Shown: positions 24,396-32,000 of the stretch, in pieces
Position numbering within the stretch: the first letter of the stretch is position 1
How the letters are laid out: every line of letters begins with the position of its first letter
Assembly (NCBI RefSeq): GCF_000709555.1
Contig: NZ_CP006873.1
Coordinates: 180,001-212,000, forward strand
Source: Candidatus Saccharimonadota bacterium
Lineage (GTDB): Bacteria; Bacteroidota; Bacteroidia; Flavobacteriales; Blattabacteriaceae
Length of the DNA: 32,000 nt
Direction of reading: 5' to 3'
Notes under the pieces: model-generated
Databases searched by the model: none
The model's input: the letters and a program-made list of their open reading frames with translations, nothing else
What the model was told of the DNA's origin: nothing
Position numbers and translations under genes: made by a program

Positions 24396-27347
24396 ATGGG
24401 AAACACTACACGTCGAGAATTTCTAAAATGGATGGGATTTGGAATAGCTTCTGCTACCTTAGCTAGTTGCAAAGGTCCTGTTATACGATCTATTCCATAT
24501 TTGGTGAAACCTGAATCTATTACACCAGGAATCCCAGTATACTATGCTTCAACTATGTTTGATGGCTTCGATCTAGCTAGTGTTTTAGTCAAAACACGAG
24601 AGGGAAGGCCTATAAAAATCGAGCCAAATACTGAATCTCTTCATTTTCAGAACGTCTCATCTCGTGTACAGGCTTCTTTACTTCTATTATATGAGAACGA
24701 ACGGTTAAAAGGACCTTCAATTAAAAGACAGTCTGTATCCTGGAATGATGTAGATAAATATGTTATTTCACAACTAAAACAAATTAGAAAAAAAGGCAAG
24801 AAAATTGTTTTACTTTCTTCTTCTTTTCCCAGTCCATCTACGAAAAAGTTATTCCAGACTTTTGAAAAAGTATATACAACAGCAAGTTGGATTACTTATG
24901 ACGCATATTCTTATTCTTCCGCTTTAGATGCTACCAAAGAAATACTAGGGATCCGGGCTTTGCCACACTACGATCTATCTCAGATAGAATTAATTGTTTC
25001 CTTTGATGCAGATTTTTTAGGTGATTGGAGTCCAGAGAGCTTAGCAAAATCTTATGCTAAGCAAAAAAAAACCGGTGCTAACATGTTACGGCATATCCAA
25101 GTCGAAAGTAATATGAGCCTAACTGGTGCTAATTCTGATAGAAGAATTCCTCTTAAACCTTCTCAAGTACATCATCTGTTATATGAAGTATATAAGGCAA
25201 TGCATGGTGATTCTAACCATTATCTAGCACAAAAAATTTATAAAGAAATTAAAATTAAAGGTTCGAAAGCAGTAGTTTTTGCTTACGGCAGTAAAGAGGC
25301 TTATGCATTAGCTCTTTTAATCAATAAAAAAATTAGGAGCCATGCTCTAGAGAAAAACCTTTTCTTACTTGCGAAAGAAAGTAATGATTTATCTTTTAAA
25401 AAATTTATTATAGATCTTGAAAAAGGAGACATTGGAGCAATTTTAATAAATAATGCTAATCCTTTATATACTTATCCAAAAATAAAAGAATTAAAAAATG
25501 GATTTAAAAACGTAGAACTTACCGTCTCATTTTCTCCCAAAGAGGATGAAACTTCCGATCTAATGAAGGTATGGGCACCTACTAACCATTGGTTGGAAAG
25601 CTGGGGCGATACTGAACCTATTACTGGGATGTATACTCTCATGCAGCCTGTTATACAACCGTTATTTAATACACGTCAATTCCAAGATTCTTTACTCATA
25701 TGGAGTAATACAAAAATAGATCATATCAGCAAGAAAAATTCTATGACATATCATAGCAGTAATCTTCCCTATTATGATTTCTTAAAAAATTTTTTCAAAA
25801 AAAATATTTTACCTATATCTAGTGTTTCATCATTTAATGAAGCTCTTTTTAAGGGATGCGTAAGTCTTTATAAAGAGATAAAACTCGTTAGAAATCAAAA
25901 TCCTACTAAAAAATATCTTCAAACTTTTGATCACTCAAAAAAAGAAGGTTTTGAACTAAAACTATATACTACAACGGCCTTAGGAGATGGAACTCAGTCA
26001 AATAATCCTTGGTTACAGGAGCTGCCTGATCCCATTACCCGTACTACTTGGGAAAATTATATCACACTTTCATCGTTTGACGCTAAAAAACTGGGTATTC
26101 GTAATTGGCACATAGGAAATGGAGCAATGGATGGAGATTGTGTTTATCTAACCATGGGAAATATAACATTTAAAAACGTTCCTGTTTATATCCAACCTGG
26201 ACAAGCGTTGGGTTCCATAGGTTTAGCTCTGGGATACGGTCATAATAAAGGAAAAGTATCCTGTCAATCAGTAGGAATAAATGCTTACTACCTGTATGAG
26301 AATTTTAATATTCTACAAAAAGGAATTCAATTGAAAAAATCTTCAAGAATACATAAATTTTCTTGTACGCAGTTACAACACACTATGGGAGGAAGAAATT
26401 CCATTGCTAGAGAAACCGATCTTGAAACTTTTTTGACACAAAAAAAAGAAATATGGAATAAAGAAGAGAAAATAAAAACTTATAAGGTAGATATTCCATT
26501 AGATAAAATCACACTTTGGAAAGAAAAAGATCGATCTCAAGGTCATCATTTCCAGTTGGCTATAGACTTAAATGCTTGCATAGGATGTGGATCTTGTATC
26601 ATTGCATGTCATGCCGAAAACAATGTCCCTGTGGTAGGTAAAGAGGAGATACGAAAGTTTCGTGATATGCATTGGTTACGTATAGATCGTTATTATTCTA
26701 CTGAAGAAAGTTTCGAAAGTATGGCCAAAAAGGGACTTTCACAAAAAAATTTGTTTTATGAGCCAGAAATGTACAAGCATCTTTTAGAACCTGAATACAA
26801 TCCTAAGGTTATTTTTCAACCTGTTATGTGTCAGCATTGTAACAATGCACCTTGCGAAACAGTTTGTCCGGTAGCAGCGACTTCACATGGAAGACAAGGA
26901 CAAAACATGATGGCTTACAATCGGTGCGTTGGAACGCGTTATTGCGCTAACAATTGTCCTTACAAAGTTCGTAGGTTCAACTGGTTCAACTATGCTGAAA
27001 ATGATCAATTTGATTTCTATATGAATAATGATATAGGCAGAATGGTGCTTAATCCAGATGTAGTAGTCCGAAGTCGAGGAGTAATGGAAAAATGTTCTCT
27101 TTGTATTCAGATGACACAGGCTACCATAGCTAAAGCAAAAAAAGAAGGAAGAAAGATAAAGGATGGTGAATTCCATACATCGTGTACAAAAGCTTGTCCT
27201 ACTGGAGCTTTAAGTTTTGGTGATATTAATGACCCAAAAAGTCAAATAGTTCGAAAACTAGAGGATGATAGAAGCTATAAACTGCTTGATTTCATTGGGA
27301 CTAGGCCCAATGTCTTTTATCAGGTCAAAGTAAGACATTCTAAATGA
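24396..27347 (+). CDS. actB: alternative complex III subunit ActB (molybdopterin-oxidoreductase-like domain fused to a 4Fe-4S ferredoxin-like domain)
   Basis: The 983-aa ORF has a twin-arginine signal TRREFLKWMGFG followed by the lipobox-like LASC. The C-terminal Fe-S cysteine clusters are CIGCGSCIIACHAEN, CQHCNNAPCETVCP, CVGTRYCANNCPYKVRRF and CSLC...C.KACP. Confidence 0.9.
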   Translation: MGNTTRREFLKWMGFGIASATLASCKGPVIRSIPYLVKPESITPGIPVYYASTMFDGFDLASVLVKTREGRPIKIEPNTESLHFQNVSSRVQASLLLLYENERLKGPSIKRQSVSWNDVDKYVISQLKQIRKKGKKIVLLSSSFPSPSTKKLFQTFEKVYTTASWITYDAYSYSSALDATKEILGIRALPHYDLSQIELIVSFDADFLGDWSPESLAKSYAKQKKTGANMLRHIQVESNMSLTGANSDRRIPLKPSQVHHLLYEVYKAMHGDSNHYLAQKIYKEIKIKGSKAVVFAYGSKEAYALALLINKKIRSHALEKNLFLLAKESNDLSFKKFIIDLEKGDIGAILINNANPLYTYPKIKELKNGFKNVELTVSFSPKEDETSDLMKVWAPTNHWLESWGDTEPITGMYTLMQPVIQPLFNTRQFQDSLLIWSNTKIDHISKKNSMTYHSSNLPYYDFLKNFFKKNILPISSVSSFNEALFKGCVSLYKEIKLVRNQNPTKKYLQTFDHSKKEGFELKLYTTTALGDGTQSNNPWLQELPDPITRTTWENYITLSSFDAKKLGIRNWHIGNGAMDGDCVYLTMGNITFKNVPVYIQPGQALGSIGLALGYGHNKGKVSCQSVGINAYYLYENFNILQKGIQLKKSSRIHKFSCTQLQHTMGGRNSIARETDLETFLTQKKEIWNKEEKIKTYKVDIPLDKITLWKEKDRSQGHHFQLAIDLNACIGCGSCIIACHAENNVPVVGKEEIRKFRDMHWLRIDRYYSTEESFESMAKKGLSQKNLFYEPEMYKHLLEPEYNPKVIFQPVMCQHCNNAPCETVCPVAATSHGRQGQNMMAYNRCVGTRYCANNCPYKVRRFNWFNYAENDQFDFYMNNDIGRMVLNPDVVVRSRGVMEKCSLCIQMTQATIAKAKKEGRKIKDGEFHTSCTKACPTGALSFGDINDPKSQIVRKLEDDRSYKLLDFIGTRPNVFYQVKVRHSK

Positions 27348-27350
27348 AGT

Positions 27351-28727
27351 ATGGATTCCGAATCACCTCTTAGACCCCCCTTGATTTTAAGGGAAAAAAC
27401 GTATCATAATATTACTGAAGATGTTGCCCGTGCTATAGAAAGTAAATCTGGAAAACTTTGGTGTATAGCATTTGGAATATCATGTATGGCAGTCATTTGG
27501 GGTATAGGATGTATTGCCTATACCATAGGTACTGGAATAGGTGTCTGGGGGTTAAATAGGACAATTAATTGGGGTTGGGATATTACAAATTTTGTATGGT
27601 GGGTGGGTATTGGACACGCTGGAACGCTGATTTCTGCGGTCTTATTACTTTTTCGCCAAAAATGGCGACTTTCTATCAACCGATCAGCAGAAGCTATGAC
27701 TATTTTTGCTGTAGTTCAAGCAGGGTTATTCCCCATTATTCATATGGGGCGTCCTTGGGATGCTTTTTGGGTGATTCCAATACCTAACCAATTTGGTCCA
27801 CTTTGGCCTAATTTTAATTCTCCTTTGCTTTGGGATGTATTCGCTATAAGTACTTATTTTTCAGTATCTACTGTCTTTTGGTTTCTGGGACTTATTCCTG
27901 ATTTTGCAATGATTCGAGATAGGGCTAATCAACCTCTTAAGAAAAAAATTTACAGGATCCTTAGTTTTGGATGGGGAGGAAAAGCTAAGCATTGGCAACG
28001 TTTTGAAGAATTATCTTTGGTGTTAGCCGGATTATGTACCCCATTAGTATTTTCAGTACATACTATCGTATCGTTTGATTTTGCTACTTCAGTTATTAAA
28101 GGATGGCATAGTACGATATTCCCTCCTTATTTTGTAGCTGGAGCTATATTTTCTGGGTTTGCTATGGTGCAAACCTTGCTGGGTATTGCTAGAAAGGTGC
28201 TGCATTTAGAAGATTATATCACGAAAAAACATATAGAATATATGAATATAGTGATTCTTATCACTGGAGGAATGGTAGCTATAGCTTATATGACAGAATT
28301 TATATTAGCTTGGTATTCAGGAAGTTCTTTTGAAGACTTTACTTATTTATCACCTGGAGCAGCAACCGGACCTTTTTGGTGGGCGTTTTGGGCATTGATA
28401 GGGTGCAATGTTTTGATCCCACAAGTACTCTGGTTCAGAGCTGTCCGAAGAAGTTTTTTCTGGTCGTATGTAATTTCGATATTTATTAATATAGGAATGT
28501 GGTTTGAGCGTTTTGATATTATTGTTTTGAACCTAAGCCACGATTATCTTCCTTCTACCTGGACAGGATTTCTCCCTTCTTTTGTAGATCTTGGAATTTT
28601 TATCGGAACTAATGGTTTTTTCTTTATGTTATATTTATTATACGCACGAACATTTCCTGTAATTGCACAAGCAGAGTTAAAAACGATTCTAAAATCAGAG
28701 AATAAAAAATATCAAAATGCGAAGTGA
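27351..28727 (+). CDS. actC: alternative complex III subunit ActC (NrfD/PsrC-family quinol-interacting membrane subunit)
   Basis: The 458-aa ORF is polytopic and hydrophobic, with WGW.ITNFVWWVGIGHAGTLISA and GRPW motifs typical of the NrfD family. It lies directly after actB. Confidence 0.85.
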   Translation: MDSESPLRPPLILREKTYHNITEDVARAIESKSGKLWCIAFGISCMAVIWGIGCIAYTIGTGIGVWGLNRTINWGWDITNFVWWVGIGHAGTLISAVLLLFRQKWRLSINRSAEAMTIFAVVQAGLFPIIHMGRPWDAFWVIPIPNQFGPLWPNFNSPLLWDVFAISTYFSVSTVFWFLGLIPDFAMIRDRANQPLKKKIYRILSFGWGGKAKHWQRFEELSLVLAGLCTPLVFSVHTIVSFDFATSVIKGWHSTIFPPYFVAGAIFSGFAMVQTLLGIARKVLHLEDYITKKHIEYMNIVILITGGMVAIAYMTEFILAWYSGSSFEDFTYLSPGAATGPFWWAFWALIGCNVLIPQVLWFRAVRRSFFWSYVISIFINIGMWFERFDIIVLNLSHDYLPSTWTGFLPSFVDLGIFIGTNGFFFMLYLLYARTFPVIAQAELKTILKSENKKYQNAK

Positions 28728-29250
28728 AAGCACTAAAATTATATATGGAATATATGATGATGATGATCTTCTGATAAAGAGTATCAATATTTTGAATAAA
28801 AAAGGGATCTCAATTCATGAAGTATATACTCCTTTTCCAGTACATGGTGTTGATAAAGCTATTGGTCTAAAGAAAACACGTATATCTTATCTAGCTTTTT
28901 TTTATGGGTGTTTTGGAACTGCTTTCGCTTGCCTACTTTCTTGGTATACCATGATTCATGATTGGCCTCAGGATATCGGTGGGAAACCTAATTATTCCTT
29001 GTATGTCAATTTGCCATCTTTTGTCCCTATTTTATTTGAAATCACTATATTTTGTGCAGCACATTTTATGTGTCTTACTTATTTAATTCGGTGTGGACTT
29101 TTTCCTTGTGCAGAACCAAAAAATCCAGATCCCCGGACTACTGATGATAAGTTTCTTATAGAGATTCATACTAAAACTGACGTAAATGAATTGGTAAAAC
29201 AATTTCAAGAAAACGGTGCTATAGAGATTAGTGTAAAAGACAAGCCATAA
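28717..29250 (+). CDS. actD: alternative complex III subunit ActD (DUF3341)
   Basis: The 177-aa ORF starts IYGIYDDDD.L....N.L..KGI.I.EVYTPFPVHG.DKA.GLK.TR, followed by two TM helices. It overlaps actC by 11 nt, consistent with translational coupling. Confidence 0.8.
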   Translation: MRSESTKIIYGIYDDDDLLIKSINILNKKGISIHEVYTPFPVHGVDKAIGLKKTRISYLAFFYGCFGTAFACLLSWYTMIHDWPQDIGGKPNYSLYVNLPSFVPILFEITIFCAAHFMCLTYLIRCGLFPCAEPKNPDPRTTDDKFLIEIHTKTDVNELVKQFQENGAIEISVKDKP

Positions 29251-29825
29251 TGAGAAAGAGATTTAAACTATATAAATACACTTTAACTCTCCTTTTATTT
29301 TTTAATTTAAGATTTCTCTTCAATAGTGATCCCTCCGCACCTAATAGAGTATATATGCCTGACATGTATTATTCTAAAGCTTATGAAGCTTACTCCGATA
29401 CGATCCATCAGTCCATATTTAAAAATGGCACTACTTCCTTGAGTACAGTCGCAGGGACTGTACCTAGGACTGATGGGAATATGTTTCCCTATCCCTTTCC
29501 AAATTCTAAGAAAGGTTATCATGATTCAAAAAAAATCAAAGTATCTCCTCTAAACCAAAGGAAAGAAAATCTTGCAAGAGGAGAAAAAATGTACCAGATT
29601 AACTGTTCTATATGCCATGGGAATACGGGAGATGGACAAGGTGAACTTGTTAAAAAGGAAAAAATTCTTGGTGTACCTAATTATAAAAATCTGGAAATTA
29701 CTGTAGGAAGTGTATATCACGTAATTATGTACGGAAAAAATAATATGGGTTCTTACGCTTCTCAACTTACACCGTTGGACCGATGGAAAGTAGCTGAATA
29801 CGTCATTAAGTTAAAACAACAATAA
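29250..29825 (+). CDS. actE: alternative complex III subunit ActE (monohaem cytochrome c)
   Basis: A single CSICH haem motif with a downstream Met-containing region (VIMYGKNNMGSY). The ATG overlaps the actD stop by 1 nt. Confidence 0.8.
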   Translation: MRKRFKLYKYTLTLLLFFNLRFLFNSDPSAPNRVYMPDMYYSKAYEAYSDTIHQSIFKNGTTSLSTVAGTVPRTDGNMFPYPFPNSKKGYHDSKKIKVSPLNQRKENLARGEKMYQINCSICHGNTGDGQGELVKKEKILGVPNYKNLEITVGSVYHVIMYGKNNMGSYASQLTPLDRWKVAEYVIKLKQQ

Positions 29826-29838
29826 TAAGACTAGAGTT

Positions 29839-31152
29839 ATGTATCAATGCAAAATATTGAAACAGATTTTTTTTATTATAATGATATTGGGCTTAATTTC
29901 TATGTTTTTTGGATTTTATAAGAGTCTTTTTATGGATGAAGATAAAGTTTATTCGGTTATAAAAACGCATACAGAAAGATTTGATATTATTCTACCTATA
30001 GTAGAGAAGGGAAAGGGATATCAAGTAAAAAACATCAATTACTTTGTGCAACTAGCACGAACGAGACCTTGGTCTGCATTGTATATGTCAGCCTTTTATT
30101 TTACAAGCATCTCTTTGGGAGCTCTATTCTTTTTAAGTATTCAACATGCTGTCCAAGCTGGATGGCCCATTGTAGTAAGTAGAGTCATGGAAGGAGTTTC
30201 TTCATTCTTACCCTTTGGGGGAGTAATTATACTACTTCTTTTAATACTAAATTGTATAGGAGTTATACATATGATACCCTGGATGGATTCTTCTTTCTCA
30301 GATCCAAATTCTCCAAATTACGATGAGTTCATTCATAATAAACTACCTTTTTTAAACATTTATTTTTACCTAATAAGAAGTATTCTATATGTAGTGGGCT
30401 GGACATTTTTTATGTGTTGTCTTAAATTTATTTCCAAGAAATTAGATTATACACGTAGTGTAAAAGAACATAAGACATTACGTTATGTCTCAGTGGTTTT
30501 TATCTTATTTTTTTCCATTAGTTCTATGGTAATGGGTTGGGATTGGATTATGTCTTTAGATCCGTCCTGGTTCAGCACACTTTTTGGATGGTATGTTTTG
30601 GGATCTTATTTAGTATCTGGAATTACTGTAATTTCACTAGTAGCGATATTTCTAAATAGTCAAGGTTATCTTCCTTTTTTTAATCATAATCATTTACACG
30701 ATTTAGCTAAATATATTTTTGCTACTAGTCTTCTATGGACTTATTTATGGTTTTCACAATTTTTACTCTATTGGTATGGTAATATCCCTGAAGAAGTCAC
30801 ATATTTTCTGCATCGTTCAAATCAATATCATTTTATTAACTTTATCATGCTAATTCCCAATTTTTTGTTCCCTCTTTTTGGACTTATCAGTAGTAGATCT
30901 AAAAGGAATAAAAAAATCATCGTTATATTAGGATGCATCCTACTGATAGGACATATTATAGACATATATAATATGATTATGCCAGGTAGCGTCGGTGGTT
31001 TTTATGGGTTTGGGATGTCTGAAATCGGTAGTCTACTTTTTGTAGGTGGAGGTTTTTTATTGGTTCTATTACGTGAATTTGGGAAAATGAATTTATCCCC
31101 ACAGGGTAATTTCCTATTCTATGAAAGTGTATTCTATGAATATTCCTTATAA
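29839..31152 (+). CDS. actF: alternative complex III subunit ActF (second NrfD-like membrane subunit)
   Basis: The 437-aa ORF is polytopic and is the last gene of the act operon. It has the flavobacterial-type size and position; the call rests mainly on operon context and hydrophobicity. Confidence 0.7.
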   Translation: MYQCKILKQIFFIIMILGLISMFFGFYKSLFMDEDKVYSVIKTHTERFDIILPIVEKGKGYQVKNINYFVQLARTRPWSALYMSAFYFTSISLGALFFLSIQHAVQAGWPIVVSRVMEGVSSFLPFGGVIILLLLILNCIGVIHMIPWMDSSFSDPNSPNYDEFIHNKLPFLNIYFYLIRSILYVVGWTFFMCCLKFISKKLDYTRSVKEHKTLRYVSVVFILFFSISSMVMGWDWIMSLDPSWFSTLFGWYVLGSYLVSGITVISLVAIFLNSQGYLPFFNHNHLHDLAKYIFATSLLWTYLWFSQFLLYWYGNIPEEVTYFLHRSNQYHFINFIMLIPNFLFPLFGLISSRSKRNKKIIVILGCILLIGHIIDIYNMIMPGSVGGFYGFGMSEIGSLLFVGGGFLLVLLREFGKMNLSPQGNFLFYESVFYEYSL

Positions 31153-31560
31153 TAAATTGACAGGTAAACATTTAAAAGCCATCGCATATTGTTTGATATG
31201 TTTAAACATAGCTTCCATACCGTTAGCTCGGATAGGAGATAGGAAAGAACTAAGTCCAATTTTTAAAATAAATTCTGGTTCAGAATAAATAATATGGTCT
31301 AAGAAACGTCCAGAATAGATACGTAGCATTAATGCTATAATACCCCGTGGAATAATAGCATCACTGTAGGCTTGAAAACAAATTTTATTTTTTTTTACAT
31401 AGGCATGTAACCATACTCTAGAATGACATCCTAGAATCAATTTATCTTCACTACGTAAATAAGATGGAATTGGTTGAAGTTTTTTACCTAATTCTATTAG
31501 ATAGAGATATTTATCTTCCCAATTGTCAAAAATTGAAAATTCCTCTATGACCTCTTGCAT
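31147..31560 (-). CDS. sufE: SufE/CsdE-family sulfur acceptor protein
   Basis: The 137-aa ORF has F....W.DKY.YLIELGKKL, then LILGCHSRVWL (the G-C-x-S-x-VW active-site Cys motif) and SDAII.RGIIALM. Confidence 0.85.
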   Translation of the reverse strand: MQEVIEEFSIFDNWEDKYLYLIELGKKLQPIPSYLRSEDKLILGCHSRVWLHAYVKKNKICFQAYSDAIIPRGIIALMLRIYSGRFLDHIIYSEPEFILKIGLSSFLSPIRANGMEAMFKHIKQYAMAFKCLPVNLL

Positions 31561-31582
31561 GCTTTTTTTAAAATAGGCTGTC

Positions 31583-31657
31583 GGGGATGTAGCTCAAGTT
31601 GGCTAGAGCGCTACAATGGCATTGTAGAGGTTGTGGGTTCAATTCCCATCGTCTCCA
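31583..31657 (+). tRNA. tRNA-Ala (anticodon GGC) with the G3-U70 identity pair
   Basis: GGGGATG TA GCTC AAGTTGGCTA GAGC G CTACA ATGGCAT TGTAG AGGTT GTGGG TTCAATT CCCAT CGTCTCC A. G3 pairs with T70; CGA follows. Confidence 0.85.
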
Positions 31658-32000
31658 CGAGACTCCAACCAGAGACGTCATCAAATATTCTGTAGAACGG
31701 GATACACCATAACTACTACCTACGGTGGTGAGTAATCATCTGATCAGGTAGTTAAAGAAAACGGTAATATGAGAATGCTGGGTTCTATTACTTTTAAGCA
31801 GACACGTTTTCCATAAAAAATATTTCCCTAATGCGTATAGCACGCTCTATTGCCTTACGGTGAGTACGAGCGACTAAAAAATACGGGCTACTAAAAAATA
31901 TAATACCCGGACCGTTGGATAACGATTCGGGTTTTTAATAAAAATATGTTTTCTTTTTAATTACATCACCCCACTTCCAGTAACCGGTTGTGCTGGTTCA

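Noticed and set aside
31658-32000. tmRNA or RNase P RNA, because of a UAGUCGC-like string and a GGGGUGA start on the minus strand
   Set aside because: There is no tRNA-like 3' end (no T-arm or ACCA terminus), no UUCGAC 5' element and no plausible ..ALAA tag reading frame. The RNase P P4 and other conserved motifs (GAGGAAAGUCC, ACAGAA) are also absent.
1-32000. Alternative genetic code (UGA as Trp) as an explanation for the broken genes
   Set aside because: The disrupted genes are broken by frameshifts, deletions and TAA/TAG stops, not specifically by UGA. All intact genes read through cleanly with the standard bacterial code.
1-32000. Mobile elements, prophage, toxin-antitoxin or defence islands
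   Set aside because: I saw no transposase, integrase, phage, restriction or Cas-like ORFs and no inverted terminal repeats. Every ORF-free block is better explained as a decayed housekeeping gene.

Overview
This window looks like an AT-rich, gene-dense piece of a reduced Bacteroidota (Flavobacteriia-type) genome, most consistent with an insect nutritional endosymbiont of the Sulcia/Uzinura/Walczuchella/Blattabacterium kind. The lineage call rests on gene content only: a short Bacteroidetes-type sigma-A, a long NusB, LepB with an N-terminal membrane extension, a DUF3127 protein and an alternative complex III operon. Most genes are housekeeping: ribosomal proteins S6, S18, S15, S16, L31 and L32, plus pheS, pnp, rpoD, nusB, gyrB, tsaD, rsmH, rsmG, rbfA, lepB, dapB, a TrmH-family methyltransferase and an IscS/NifS-like desulfurase. 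There are eight tRNA genes. An intact six-gene alternative complex III operon (actABCDEF, about 8.1 kb) is present, and a partial menB sits at the left edge. I see no mobile elements, CRISPR array, prophage or defence system, so I do not claim a new multi-gene system. The main signal is ongoing gene erosion: at least seven genes are recognisable only as frameshifted, truncated or deleted remnants (glyQS, rplI, pdhB, a class-I aminotransferase, truB, rimM, sufS). Smaller oddities are listed as findings. They include a GC-rich 13-bp x4 tandem repeat that reiterates the 3' end (including CCA) of tRNA-Ile(CAU), and a tRNA-Leu whose best fold gives an A34 (AAG) anticodon. All eight tRNA genes are followed by C-N-A, and several short tandem duplications sit exactly at gene 5' ends. 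All calls come from reading and translating the sequence by eye; no searches were run.
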